Shown here in pieces: positions 1 through 11,785 of a stretch of 64,000 bases of DNA (position 1 is the first letter of the stretch; the number at the start of each line of letters is the position of its first letter). The DNA lies in the NCBI RefSeq assembly GCF_004010195.1, contig NC_057718.1:97823300-97887299 (forward strand). Reading direction: 5' to 3'. Both the position numbers and the translations under genes were made by a program. The notes under the pieces were generated by a model. It saw nothing but the letters and a program-made list of their open reading frames with translations, searched no databases and was not told the origin of the DNA. This DNA comes from Chiloscyllium plagiosum. Taxonomy: Eukaryota.

Positions 1-359
1 GAGCTCATTGGCAAATCACCCATAATCTATTGACAGATCAGGCTCATTTGGAAGTTCCTCTTCCTATCTTTGTAAAATGGTTGAATCACAGAGATTTTTA
101 GATGTTTCGCCAATTCCTTACGGATCAAGCCAACTGTCTCCTGGGATGTTGATTCTGAGGTGAATGCTTCAGCAAAGAACCAAAAGCAGTGTTGATGCCA
201 GACCTGAAAAGTTAGTATTTGTTGTGCCTGATATTTGTCTCAGTTTATTTAATGTCAATCTGCTCAAAGATATCCATAGGAGTCACATAAACCTCCAAAA
301 CGTTTGGACTTGTGGATATTTATAGGGATTGTATTTTTTTTTTCAATTGTTCTTTCAGT

Positions 360-1030
360 TATTTATTAGCTTTTGAGATGTGAGCAATGCTGCCAAGATA
401 ACATTTATTAACCATCGAAATTGTTTTTGAGATGATGATAGTGAGTCACCTCCTCGAGGCACTGTAGTTCATGGGGTGTAGCTACACCTGCAATGCAGTT
501 ATTGTGAGACTTCCAGGATTTCAATCCAATTACTGAGAAGAAACGGTGATTTAACTCCAAGTTAAGATAGTGTGCTACTTGCAGAAAAACCTGTGGAAGG
601 TGTTTTTTGTATGTATCTCTGGGCCTTGTCCTTCTAGGTAGTTGTCTATTGAACAGTGCTTTTGAAGAAGGTTTCATGCAGATCAGCTTCCAAGCGGGGT
701 ATGTAAGCATTGGTAGCTGTGGAAGTAAATGGAATGCTGTTTGAGGGAGTAGCTTTCAACAGAAGGATGCTGAGCTCCTTGAGAGAGCTGTTGCAGCTAC
801 TTTCATGCAGGTAAGTGGAGAGTATTCCATCAGGCTCCTCACTTGTGTCTTGTAGATCATAGATAGGCTTGGGGGAGTCAAGAGGTATGTTCCCAGCCAC
901 TGACTTGATTTTGTAGTCACAAGATTTATACAATGGGTCCATCTCAGTTTCTGGTCAATGGTAACCACTGAGATGTTGATGATGGGGCATTCAGTGATAG
1001 CATTGCTATTGAATGTTAATTATGGTTCTG
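360..1030 (-). mobile_element. Decayed non-LTR retrotransposon 3' end (LINE family B, CR1/L2-group)
   Basis: Minus-strand frame reads VTIDQKLRWTHCIN...LLTPPSLSMIYKTQVRSLMEYSPL, a post-RT C-terminal LINE motif; frameshifted; related sequence recurs at 6860 and 1955. Confidence 0.8.
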
Positions 1031-1337
1031 ATGTTGCATCATCCATCTTTCCTGCAAAATACCAGGACAGGGCTTTTATTTTGAAAAAGTCACGTTTGCA
1101 GTTGCTGAACCTCTTTTAAGGATTTTTCCACTCATTAATGATGCTCATTACTGGACTTTGTAACTCCGAGGGCAGGGGTGGAGTGTGGAAAGGGGGCAAT
1201 GTGAAATCCAAGGTGCCTAGGTAACTGAGAGGGTGAGGTGGTGTGGGAGGGGGTGCAAGTACATGGGGTGTGGTGGGGAAAGTTGGTTCACTCAGTTGGC
1301 TTGATGGCTAGTGTGTGATATGGAGTAAATCAGTCAT

Positions 1338-1553
1338 GATTTGGAGATGCCGGTGTTGGACTGGGATGTACAAAGTTAAAAATCACACAACACAAGGTTA
1401 TAGTCCAACAGGTTTGTTTGGAAGCACTAGCTTTCAGAGTGCTGCTCCTTCATCGGGTGGTCGATCTGATGAAGGAGCGTCGCTCCGAAAGCTAGTGCTT
1501 CCAAATAAACCTGTTGGACTGTAACCTGGTGTTGTGTGATTTTTAACTTTGTA
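1338..1553. mobile_element. PLE family-2 pLTR fold-back cassette
   Basis: Inverted arms GTACAAAGTTAAAAATCACACAAC...TTCATC / CTGATGAAGGAGC...GTTGTGTGATTTTTAACTTTGTAC; same sequence terminates the GIY-YIG remnant at 44186-44917. Confidence 0.85.
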
Positions 1554-1954
1554 CCACCAGTGGTTGTTCAAAGAGGTCCTGACTCCACATTTAGCCCACG
1601 TTTGTGGAGTGATTATTCTCAGGCTTTAAATGACACTTGTTTTAATGGACTCTGGCTCCTTATCATAGCAAACTGACATTTACTCTTGTAGGGAGTAAGC
1701 ACATTGTAGCAATTAACTCCAAGGTCTGCCCTGTCTTGCTTTGTGATTGTTTGATAGAGTGCCTTGGACAATTTGGAAACAAAAATAATTCTTTTGTGTT
1801 CATGACAAACGGAAGCAATCAGAACTGAAAACTAAACAAAGCAAATTGCTTCCGGTAATGCATGTCCAGACCTACTCAGTGTACAGATGCAAAATGATGA
1901 GCAACTTTGAAAAGTAAGAATAACTCCAAACACGGGGCTTCAGAATTGTAAAGC

Positions 1955-2250
1955 TTGGTTGCACCAAGACAACTGCAGTGTATATGTGTACTGCAGGAAC
2001 TCAGCAAGATTCTCTTTACAGTATCTACCAAACCTGTGAAGTCTACCCCCTTGCTGGATAAGGGCAGCATACATGATGGGAACATCTGATGTGTGATTAT
2101 AGCACTATCCCATCACTATCATTGAAACATAATCTTGGCAATACAACACTGCGGGAGTACCCACACCACAGGGGTTCAAAAAAAGGTACTCACCACCACC
2201 TTCTCAATAAATGCTGACCTTGCCAATGATTAATGAATTAATTAATGAAT
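1955..2250 (+). mobile_element. LINE family B 3' fragment
   Basis: Similar to 7050-7130/8225-8480; ends in AATAAATGCTGACCTTGCCAATG tail. Confidence 0.6.
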
Positions 2251-2475
2251 AACACAGTAAAACAATACCTGTCCTGAGGTACTTGCACCTAAGATGGCGC
2301 CATAAGACGTAGACATTGGAAAAGCTTTTTAATGTACTTCTACTATGGGCACCTGACAATAAAAGATATTCTGATTCTGATATCTGATGAAATCTTCAAC
2401 CAAGAGGAAAATTTGGGATAAACAGATCTGAAATTTTGATTATTTTCATGGAAAGGTTGTTATAGAGTCATATAG

Positions 2476-2697
2476 GAGAAAGTGAGGACTGCAGATGCTG
2501 GAGGTCAGAGTCGAGAGTGTAGTGCTGGAAAAGCACAGCAGGTCAGACAGCATCTGAGGAGCAGGAGAATCGATGTTTCAGGCATACACCCTTTATCAGG
2601 ACTTCATCATGATTCCTGATGAAGGGCTTATGCCCGAACGTCCATTCTCCTGCTCCTCGGATGCTGCCTGACCTGCTGTGCTTTTCCAGCACCACAC
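2476..2697. mobile_element. PLE family-1 pLTR fold-back cassette inserted in a CR1 tail
   Basis: Arms GCTGGAAAAGCACAGCAGGTCAG / CTGACCTGCTGTGCTTTTCCAGC; TSD ATAGAGTC(A/C)TATAG at 2462-2475 and 2699-2712. Confidence 0.88.
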
Positions 2698-2698
2698 G

Positions 2699-3305
2699 AT
2701 AGAGTCCTATAGCATGGAAACAGACACTTCGGCCTAATTAGTCCACACCAACCATGTTCCCAAACTAAACTGGTTACATCTGCCTGCATTTGGCCCACAT
2801 CTCTCCAATATTTTCCTATTCATGTACTTATCCAAATGTCATTTAAATGTGATTTTTCCCACATTCACCACTCCCTCTTACAGTTCATTCCACACATGAA
2901 CCACTCGCTGTAGAAAAATCTTGTCCATTGTGTCCTCTTTCTCCTCTCATCTTAAAAACATGCCTCCTATTTTTGAGCTCCCCCACCTTTGCTATTCACC
3001 TTATCTATGTCCCTCATGTTTTGATGAACCTCTATAAGGTCATCCCTCAACCTCCTATGCTCCAGTGAAAAAAGTCCCAGCCTTTTCAGTCTATTTTAAT
3101 AACTCAAACCCTCCATTCCTGGCAACATACTGGTAAATCTTTTCTGAAGCCTCTCCAGTTTAATTATATCCTTCCTATAACAAGGCATCCAGAACTGCAT
3201 ACAGTGTTCCAGAAGAGGCCTCACCAATGTCTTGTACAACCTCAACATGACGTCCCCGCTCCGATACTCAAAGGTCTGAGCAATGAAGCCAAGCGTGCTA
3301 AACTC
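2699..3305 (-). mobile_element. CR1/HER1-type LINE 3' fragment
   Basis: ORF 3096-3329 has LRLYKTLVRPLLEHCMQFWMPCYRKDIIKLERLQKRFT, the typical CR1 ORF2 C-terminus; octamer-type tail. Confidence 0.9.
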
Positions 3306-3469
3306 TGACCTTGAGAACGCAAAGTGCAAATCTCACAACCTAAGACATTTTGTCTTAAGACACATTGTCACTTTAGCATTTTAAGTATTTCCTGAGAGAC
3401 CTAATAAAAGCTAGACTTCCTGGTTCAAAACCAGATGCAATAGCCTTTCCAAGATCAATATTGATTTAA

Positions 3470-3650
3470 AAAAAAACACTAAAGAACTGCAGATGCTCGA
3501 AATCAGAAACAAAATCAAAAGATGCTGGAAAAGCTCAGCTAGTCTGTGAAGAGAAGGCACAGTTAGCATTTTGGATCCTTTTTTTTAACTCAGCTTTTCC
3601 TCCACAGATACTGCAGAGTTTTGCTTGCAATTTCTGATTTTGTTTCAATT
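3470..3650. mobile_element. Older PLE family-3 fold-back remnant
   Basis: AAGAACTGCAGATGCT...AATCAGAAACAAAA mirrored by TTTCTGATTTTGTTT; related copies at 6320, 11310, 12390, 26625, 54300. Confidence 0.6.
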
Positions 3651-3894
3651 TTGACTTGATACAACAGGACTGAATAATGGGACAGATGAGAATGTTTGTG
3701 CATAACTACATTTGCTGGATGGGCTTAACATAAAATCTGCAGTTAGATTGAATTTATCAAACTGCTCTGGACGCCAGAGTTGAACACAACAAACAGAATG
3801 AAAACTCCTTTGAAAATGACTGCGTCATTTCCTTTTCTACTTGCCCTTTCTCTGAAGCTACAAGCTCTGTGGCTGCCAGCAGTTATTTCACACA

Positions 3895-4198
3895 AGTCGA
3901 GAGTGTGGTGCTGGAAAAGCACAGCAGCTCAGGCAGCATCCAAGGAGCAGGAGAATCGACGTTTCGGGCATAAGCTCTTCATCAGGAATGAGGCTTGTGG
4001 GGTGAGAGATAGGTCCTCTCCGACATATCACCTTCTCCCCCACATTTATCTACCTATCACATTCTCATCTACCTTCCACCCAACCCCACCCACACTCCCA
4101 TTTATCTCTCAGGGCCCCAGCCCACAAGCCTCATTCCTCGTGAAGGGCTTAAGCCCGAAACATCGAATCTCCAGCATCCATGGTCCTCACTTTCTCCT
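3895..4198. mobile_element. PLE family-1 insertion, inverted pLTR plus direct 3' segment
   Basis: Minus arm 3895-4010, plus arm 4012-4198 matching the reverse complement of 13130-13270; TSD AGTT(A/G)TTTCACA at 3881-3892 and 4199-4210. Confidence 0.85.
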
Positions 4199-4266
4199 AG
4201 TTGTTTCACATGTGTCTAGATGGCGAACATTGGCAGGTTATGGCATTGTGACTAATGTCAAATCAT

Positions 4267-4604
4267 GATTAGATTAGATTAGATTAGATTAGATTACTTA
4301 CAGTGTGGAAACAGCCCATTCGGCCCAACAAGTCCACACCGACCCGCCGAAGTGCAACCCACCCAGACCCATTCTCCTACATTTACCCCTTCACCTAACA
4401 CTACGGGCAATTTAGCATGGCCAATTCACCTAACCTGCACATTTTTGGATTGTGGGAGGAAACCGGAGCACCCAGAGGAAACCCACACAGACACGGGGAG
4501 AATGTGCAAACTCCACACAGAGAGTCGCCTGAGGCGGGAATTGAACCCGGGTCTCTGGCGCTGTGAGGCAGCAGTGCTAACCACTGTGCCACCGTGCCGC
4601 CCAC
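4267..4604 (-). mobile_element. HE1-type tRNA-derived SINE, full length, young
   Basis: Reverse complement begins GGGCGGCACGGTGGCACAGTGGTTAGCACTGCTGCCTCACAGCGCCAG with B box GGTTCAATTCC; (GATTA)n tail; CpGs retained. Confidence 0.92.
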
Positions 4605-4929
4605 GGCATTGGCTAATTTTCCTAAGCCTATTCTTGGAACAATGAAGCCAATTGTTTGCAGTTGCATCACCATATGGCTGAGATTAACTAAATCAACAGA
4701 ACTAGACATTCCATGACTATGGGGCTCTATGTAGAATCATAGAACATAGATAGAAGACATTGTTTTTGTTTGCATTGCAATCTTGATACTCTGCATTTTT
4801 TTTAACTAAAGTTCGTTCACTTGGGAACATTTTTGCTTCAGAATTCAAAGGTTGTGGATTGAAGTGCCCACAACGAGGATAAAAATCAAAGTTGTTCTGA
4901 AGTGGGTGCCACACTTTTGAAGATGCTGA

Positions 4930-5165
4930 CCCTCAGCTTGTTGCAAAAACCCATCTTATTCTCTGCTTCAGGGAAAGAAAATAAGCCTCCATGTGACCAA
5001 TCAGACCTCCATGTGACTCCAGACCCACGATGATGTTAATGACTCCTAACTGTCCTCTGAAATAGCCCAGCAAGCTCCTCCCCAGCATCTGCAATCCTCA
5101 CTTTTGCCCAGCGAGCTACTCAGTCCAGGGGCAATTAGGAATGGGTTAGCAAATGCTGACCCTCC
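4930..5165 (+). mobile_element. SINE family C 3' part (shares tail with LINE family B)
   Basis: ATGTGACTCCAGACCCAC...GGGCAATTAGGAATGGG...AAATGCTG; related to 26445-26860 and 54085-54570. Confidence 0.65.
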
Positions 5166-5227
5166 CAAAACACACACACACACACACGCACACATACCTT
5201 GTTAATGAGTGAAATGCTATGGCACTA

Positions 5228-5779
5228 CAGGTGTCCCCTGCTATCCGAAAGTAAAGCATTCCTATGAAACCTTACGTAAGCCGAGATGGCCTAAAGCAAG
5301 GAAGCATTTATTTATATGGGATCAATTTTTGAGTATTTCCAGGACCAAACAATAATCCACCAAATCATACCAATGATCCACAAAACCTAAACTAACACTA
5401 ACATGTAGTAAAAGCAGGAATGATATGATAAATACACAGCCTATATAAAGTAGAAATAATGTATGTACAGTGGAGTTTCACTCACCAGAGTCGTGAAAAC
5501 AGCAAGCACACTGGAAGGCTGAGAGGTGATGGTGGTGATGATGGTATGTTAGGCTGAGTCACCAGAGGTTAGGGTGGTGGGAGGTACAGGAGACTGGGGA
5601 TGGGAGAGAGAGGAAGAGGGTAATTTATTAACATTTCTGGTGAAGTCGCCACTCTTGCTGCGCATGCTTTTTCATAAAAGCGAAAATCCTCTTTCAGTTA
5701 GTGAAAACAAACACTAATATAGGCCTTTCGTAAAAGCGAATCGGCATAAAGTGAATGTTCGAAAAGCAGGGGGTACCTG
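5228..5779. mobile_element. Tc1/mariner (pogo/Tigger-like) non-autonomous element
   Basis: TIRs CAGGTGTCCCCTGCTATCCGAA / TTCGAAAAGCAGGGGGTACCTG; left flank TA, right flank CA. Confidence 0.8.
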
Positions 5780-6314
5780 CATTTCAAAGTGATGTCCCAA
5801 TACTTAACTCAAAATGAACATCTCTAAAGATTATCAAGCAAATTTATCTGACCATTTTCACATTGCGGTTTGAGGGAGCTTGCTGTGTGTAAATTGGCTG
5901 CCATATTTCCTACACTTGCTTTGGTTTCTTTTAACTTTGATAGTTTTTGCCACAAAGAGAGAGCAGTTTCCTGCAGTGGACTCAGACCCAGTATCAAAAC
6001 TGTCAAATCTGCTTTGTGTAGGAATCCTTTTTATCTTTGTCAATCTGAGGCAGACTCAAATTCAGGTTTCATAAGGATTGCGTAACGTCCCAAAAAGTTT
6101 GGAAATCCTTTGTTTTTCCTGTAACATGGCTTGCTCTATTTTTTTTCCATTTCTTTTCTCCTTTTGTTTCACACTAGCTTTCAAGAGAGAATTTGTTTTT
6201 TTTTCTGTCTCTGCATTGCTACCTCATTTGTTTCTTCAGATGCTGCATTGACTGTGTCCCTAAGTGAACTCTGAGGTGCATTCAACTGCAGATCAAGTTC
6301 ATTGAGATTAGAAA

Positions 6315-6515
6315 CAAAACACAAAATACTGTGAATGTTGGAGATCTGGTACAAAAATAGAAAGTGCTGGAGAAACTCAATAGTTCTGGCCAGATCTATG
6401 CAGAGAGACCAGAGTTAACGTTTCAGGACTAATTAGAGTCCCATATTGGACTTGAAATGTTAATCTGTTTCTCTCTCTCCAGATGCTGCCATACCTACTG
6501 TTCTTTCTGTTTTCA
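6315..6515. mobile_element. PLE family-3 fold-back remnant
   Basis: GAGAGACCAGAGTTAACGTTTCAGG mirrored by TTGAAATGTTAATCTGTTTCTCTC. Confidence 0.65.
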
Positions 6516-7132
6516 CAAAGTATATTTTCTAATTATTTAGAAACTGGAATATGTTAAGGTTGTGCCCAAGAGAACCACCCATCCTTCTTATTGGGATTAG
6601 TCTAAGTTACTGATACCAAGTGGGGAAGGATACCACATAATGTAGAAGGAAGGCTCAGTCTTGTTGAACAAAATTAGTTTATTTCACAGTACTTAATAAC
6701 TGGTTGTGTTACATTTCAGTCTCTTGTGAAACCTCGGGCTAGGTTTAAGAATAAATCTACATTACAGTCCACCTACATAGAACTTAGAGCTTAGAACAAC
6801 AGCTGAACTGGTAACAAACAAACTGGTGGACACAGGCGAGGATTACTGTAGCTAGTAACTCATCTCCTGACACCATAAAGCCTATCACCATCTACAAGGC
6901 ACAAGGCAAGAGTGTGATGGAATACTCCCCACTTGACTGGATGACTGTAGCTCCAACAAGACTCAAGAAGCTTGACACCTTCCAGCACAAAGCAGCTCAC
7001 TTGACTGGCGCAACATCCACATGCATGCAGTCCCTCCCCCATGAACATTCAATAGCAGCAGTTTGCATCACCTACAAGGTGCACTGCAGAAATTTGCCAA
7101 AGATCCTCAGATAGCACCTTCCAAACATATGA

Positions 7133-7316
7133 AAGTGAGTACTGCAGATGCTGGAGATCAGAGTCAAGATTAGAGTGGTGCTGGAAAAGCACAGCAGGTC
7201 AGGCAGCATCTGAGGAGCAGGAGAATCGACGTTTCAGGTAAAAGCCTGGTGAAGGGCTTTTGCCTGAAACATCGATTTTTCTGCTCCTTGGATGCTGCCT
7301 GATCTGCTGTGCTTTT
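7133..7316. mobile_element. PLE family-1 fold-back cassette
   Basis: Inverted arms; perfect 16-bp TSD CCTTCCAAACATATGA at 7117-7132 and 7317-7332. Confidence 0.9.
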
Positions 7317-7344
7317 CCTTCCAAACATATGACCACTCGAAAGA

Positions 7345-8228
7345 ATTCTGGTCTCCCTTCTATAGGAAGGATGTTGTGAAACTAGAAAAAGTTCAGAAAG
7401 GATTTATGAGGATGTTGCCAGGTTTGGAGGGTGTGAGCTACAGGGAGAGGCTGAGTAGGCTGGGGCTGTTTTCCCTGAAGCATCGGAGGCTGAGGGGTGA
7501 CCTTATAGGCCTTTATAAAATCTTGAGGGGCATGGATAGGCTAAATAGACAAGGTTTTTTTTTCCCTGGGATGGGGGAATCCAAAACTAGAGGGCATAGG
7601 TTTACGGGGGAGAGGGGAAAGGTCGAAAAGGGACTTAAGGGGCAATCTTTCCACGCAGAGGGTGGTATGTGTATGGAATGAGCTGCCAGAGGAAGTGATG
7701 GAGGCAGGTACAATTATAGCATTTAAAAGGCATCTGGATGCGTACATGAATAGGAAGGGTTTGGAGGGATATGGGCCAAGTGCTAGCAAATGGGACTAGA
7801 TTTATCTAGGTATAGAATTCCTACAGTGTGGAAACAGGCATTTAGACTCAACAAGTCCACACCGACCCTCCAAACAGTAACCCACCCAGACCCATTCCCC
7901 TACCCAATTACTCTATATTTACCTCTGACTAATGCACCTAACCTACACATGAACACTCCTGGCAATTTAGCAGGGCCAATGCACCTAACCTGCACATCTT
8001 TGGATTGTGGAAGGAAATCAGAGCACCCTGAGGAAACCCATGCAGAAATGGGGAGAACGTGGAAACTCCACACAGACAGTCACCCAAGGCTGGGATCGAA
8101 CCCAGGTCCCTATCGGTGTGAGACAGTAGTGCTAACCAGTGAGCCACTGTGTCACCCTATCTGGTGGGCATGAACGAGTCGGACCGAAGAGTCTATTTCC
8201 GTGCTGTATACCTCTATGACTCTATGAC
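7345..8228 (+). mobile_element. CR1/HER1-type LINE 3' fragment (HE1 nested at 7812-8158)
   Basis: FWSPFYRKDVVKLEKVQKGFMRMLPGLEGVSYRERLSRLGLFSLKHRRLRGDLI; (CTCTATGA)n tail at ~8212-8228. Confidence 0.9.
7812..8158 (-). mobile_element. HE1-type SINE
   Basis: Matches 4267-4604 along its length. Confidence 0.9.
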
Positions 8229-8477
8229 AAGGGCAGCAGATACATGAGAATACTATCTCTTGTAAATTCCCCACTAAGCCACTCATCATCCTGATTTGGA
8301 AATACATTTCTGTTTCTTCACTGCTGTTGAGTCAGAATCCTGAAATTCCCTTCCTAACGGCATTGTCGGTCTACCTGCAGCACATGGACTGCTGTGGTTG
8401 AAGATGGCAGCTCACCACTACCACCTTCTCATAGGCAACTAGGGATTGGCAATAAATGCTGGCACAGCCAATGATGG

Positions 8478-8637
8478 TCAAAAGTGAGGAACTGCAGATG
8501 CTGGAGATCAGAGTCAAGATTAGAGTGGTGCTGGAAAGGCACAGCAGGTCAAGCAGCATTCGTGGAGCAGGAAAATCAACATTTCGGGCAGAAGTCCTTC
8601 ATCAGGAAGGCCCATCCTGATTGAAGGGCTTTTGCCC
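8478..8637. mobile_element. PLE family-1 pLTR with short fold-back
   Basis: Long minus arm plus CCTGATTGAAGGGCTTTTGCCC; TSD CAGCC(A/C)ATGATG at 8465-8476 and 8638-8649. Confidence 0.82.
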
Positions 8638-9445
8638 CAGCCCATGATGCCTACAGCCCAAGATTGAAATCAAAACTGGCTAGTTTCCCCCTACCCACCA
8701 CCCCTCCAGAGTTTGCCTTGTCAGGAAACTCTTTCAGGTACTGACAACAGAAACAATCCAGGAACTTGGCACAAAGATAGAGGAAAAATATGAATATAAA
8801 CTGAGAAACAGCATGTCTGGTATGCTGACAAATTTTCATAACTTACACCAAAGTGGCCAATAGAGTATAACATCTCACTCTGGAAGGAGCTACTGGAAGC
8901 TGCCCGTGTGTATGATCAAGCCCCTACATATAGACACAAATTTTATCAAGTTTCTGGCATTATGACTTGTTTATAGTCATCAAATCTGAAAGTGTAATTG
9001 AGAACTGTTTTTCACTGAGTCAAAATGATATCTTTACATCTGATAGTCTTGATATAATTTGAGGGATAAACACAATTGCCTTGAAAACTGCCTGTTATCA
9101 ATTTTGCATCTGTTAACAAGGAAAAACATTTCTTATCGTGCCAATATTTTTTATGGCAAACTCCTTGTTTAGCATTCGTGTTTTGCAGCAAAATTACAAC
9201 AGTTTCTTTCTTGAAGCTATTTGTGTGGTAACGTGTCTAATGCAATTCGATCACATGGAAACGCTGGATGATATAATCTGCTACCATTGTCTTCATCTAT
9301 GAAATCAATGCTGACCTCTTATTCCAATCGACCTGGTCAATAGTTACTCCTCAATCAACATTGCTGGAACAACTCTTCGGTTATTGCAGTTTCCAGGAGT
9401 TTGTTGCAAGCAACTTGCCCATTTCCTGTCTTCCAACAGTAACTA

Positions 9446-9650
9446 CAGTCGGTTCTGCAATAATGCGGTTTCTTCAATGTGAATTGGCTATAACGTGATT
9501 GAAGAATTTAGACTATTATTTGTAGAACACAAACTTTCCTTATCTGTATTGGTTGTAACACAATTCTGGTCCCATTAGTTTAAATGGTGCTGCTATTGCA
9601 CGATTTTCTTATAATGCAGGATTGCACGGGAATGGAACTGTTATGTTATG
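9446..9650. mobile_element. Tigger-like MITE, right end eroded
   Basis: Starts TA|CAGTCGGTTCTGCAATAATGCG; recurring TATAAC-like subterminal motifs; inserted at a TA of the Deu SINE. Confidence 0.55.
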
Positions 9651-9689
9651 TACATTGCAAAAGTGCTTCATTGGCTGTGAAGTGCTGTG

Positions 9690-9757
9690 GGATGACCAGT
9701 AACTGTGGATGACCAGTAACTGTGGATGACCAGTAACTGTGGATGACCAGTAGCTGT
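9690..9757. repeat. 17-bp tandem repeat x4
   Basis: GGATGACCAGTAACTGT three times exactly, fourth copy with one substitution. Confidence 0.95.
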
Positions 9758-10369
9758 GAAAGGTGCTGCATAAATGCAAAATTTTCTTTCTACTTTCTCT
9801 ATTCTTTAATCCACCGGTTTGGATTTAAATGATTTTATTCAAATCCAGTGAGTTTTAATTGTTAGCACAATGTATGGATTCAGAATAATAAGTACAATCA
9901 AATCATTGTTGCCTCAGCTTTGTCATTCTAAACCAATTCCATCATCTCTTCCACTTTTTGTGTTGTTGTTGTGTTTGCATTCTCAAACTGCCTAGTCTCC
10001 CATAGAATTGCTAGTGGAATTTTTTACAAACAGCTTGATCCCTCCATACACACATTCCCTCCACACAAGGTTAGACAGGTTCTTCCCTTGCAGCCTGTTC
10101 TATGTAAGTGACCATGACATCCTCACTACATCACCATCGTCATTATGTGTACTTCAGGTGTACATCCCTTTATTCTACACCCTTCCTATTGTCTCCTGTC
10201 TCTCATGCCAAACCCCTCCCTTCCAAACCCATCCTACCGATCAATCTTTTCCCATGCCTCACAGAAAAGATTTTCATGACAACTTTGTTGGGCTCCACTT
10301 TTACCTCCTTTCCTCTATAGAACATCCCCTTTCCAACCTGCCTTCACTGTACCCACCCATTGGCAGCTA

Positions 10370-10925
10370 CCATTTCAAGGCTAGGGGGCATATTTTTAAG
10401 GTGAGAGGACAGATATTTAAAAAAGACATGAGGGGAGGTTTTTTTACACGGAGAGTGGCTTGTGTGTGGAATGGACTTCCGGAGGAAGTGGAGAATGTGG
10501 GTACAAATACAGCATTTAAAATACACTTAGATGAGTATACGAATAGGAAAGGTTCGGAGGGATATGGCAAAAGTGAGGACTGCAGATGCTGGAGATCAGA
10601 GTCAAGATTAGAGTGGTGCTGGAAAAGCACAGCAGGTCAGGCAGCATCCGAGGAGCAGGAGAATCGATGTTTTGGCAAAAACCATTCATCAGGGCTTTTG
10701 CCCATAACGTTGATTTTCCTGCTTCTTGGATGCTGCCTGACCTGCTGTGCTTTTCCAGCACCACTCTAATCTTCACTCTGATCTGCAGCATCTGCAGTCC
10801 TCATTTTCGCCTTGGAGAGATATGGGTCAGGAGCAGGCAGGTGGAATTAGTTTAGTTTAGAATTATGTTTGGCATGAACTGGTTGGACCAAAGGGTCTGT
10901 TTCCATGCTGTATGACTCTATGATT
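10370..10925 (+). mobile_element. CR1/HER1-type LINE 3' end
   Basis: ARGHIFKVRGQIFKKDMRGGFFTRRVACVWNGLPEEV; TATGACTCTATGA tail. Confidence 0.88.
10568..10813. mobile_element. PLE family-1 fold-back cassette with ~120-bp arms
   Basis: Near-complete palindrome; TSD GGAG(G/A)GATATGG at 10556-10567 and 10814-10825. Confidence 0.9.
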
Positions 10926-11487
10926 TGACGTCCATGCTTACGGCCAAAGTAGTGCAGAAGGATGACATTGCCTTCAATGGGATAGACCAACAACCGCCTT
11001 GCTTTATCACTTGATGTTTGGACTTATAGATTGATAGTAAACCTGCTGGTCATGTGATGAATGCACCTTGAAGGCCAATGGGTTCTGGTGTGGGGCTTGA
11101 ACCCAGAGCAGCTGTCTCAGAGGTGGAGACGCTACTCATTACAAATCAAGGCCCATGTATTCTACAGATTTTATCAAATGAACGTAAATATGTCATGGCC
11201 TTTCATTTACTTAGGAAATGGAAATATGAGCTCACATTTACAAACAAAATATACTTCAGAATGTTGGAACTCTTCATGAAGTGAGGATTGCCTATAATTA
11301 GCGCAAAATATACAGAAGCAGATGCTGGAAATCTGAAAATAAGTTAGAATATTCTGGTCTAGCAGGATCTGTGGAGAGGGAGAAACAGATAATGTTTCAG
11401 CTTGTGACGTTTCATCAGAACTGGGCAACCTTAGAGATAAACTATCTTCCAAAGAAGTGAAATATTCACGAGGTGACAGAAAAGGGG

Positions 11488-11785
11488 AAACATGGTGGCT
11501 CAGCAGTTAGCACTGCTGCCTCACAGTGCCAGGGATGCAGGTTCAATTCCAGCCTCGGGCGACTGTGTGTGTGGAGCTTGCACATTCTCCACGTGTCTGT
11601 GTGGGTTTCCTCCCACTGTCCAAAGATGTGCAGGTCAGGTGAATTGGCCATGCTAAATTGCCCATGGTCTTAGGTGCATTAGTCAGAGGGAAATGGGTCT
11701 GGGTGGGTTGCTCTTCGGAGGCCCAGTGTGGGCTTGTTGGGCTGAAGGGCCTGTTTCCGCACTGTAGGGAATCTAACCTAATCTA
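11488..11785 (+). mobile_element. HE1-type SINE
   Basis: A/B-box head, conserved body, AATCT tail. Confidence 0.9.

Larger units (their letters stand above)
4810..5920 (+). mobile_element. Fragmented Deu-domain SINE (SacSINE1/AmnSINE1-like) split by younger insertions
   Basis: Head remnant 4810-4930; 3' part 5780-5920 with GGGAGCTTGCTGTGTGTAAATTGGCTGCCATATTTCCTAC. Confidence 0.6.
6860..8480 (+). mobile_element. LINE family B 3' end interrupted by PLE, CR1 and HE1 insertions
   Basis: 6860-7132 encodes TIYKAQ..SVMEYSPLDW; resumes at 8225-8480 with tail GGCAACTAGGGATTGGCAATAAATGCTGGC. Confidence 0.8.
9320..9790 (+). mobile_element. Deu-domain SINE 3' part split by a MITE
   Basis: CAACAGTAACTA | TACATTGCAAAAGTGCTTCATTGGCTGTGAAGTGC...GTGAAAGGTGCTGCATAAATGCAA. 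Confidence 0.65.

Noticed and set aside
6560..6860. Possible second LTR fragment
   Set aside because: Only a compositional resemblance to 34745-35400; no paired termini or TSD
10008..10769. 253-aa ORF
   Set aside because: Chance read-through of unique DNA, a CR1 tail and a PLE hairpin; non-ATG start
10568..10813. Pre-miRNA or classical MITE interpretation of the hairpins
   Set aside because: Sequence is PLE terminus with variable arm lengths and long variable TSDs, unlike fixed-TIR MITEs; no evidence for miRNA processing from sequence alone
10516..10855. Recurring peptides MLPDLLCFSSTT / CWKSTAGQAASEEQ suggesting a gene family
   Set aside because: Translations of the non-coding PLE pLTR, appearing on both strands because it is palindromic
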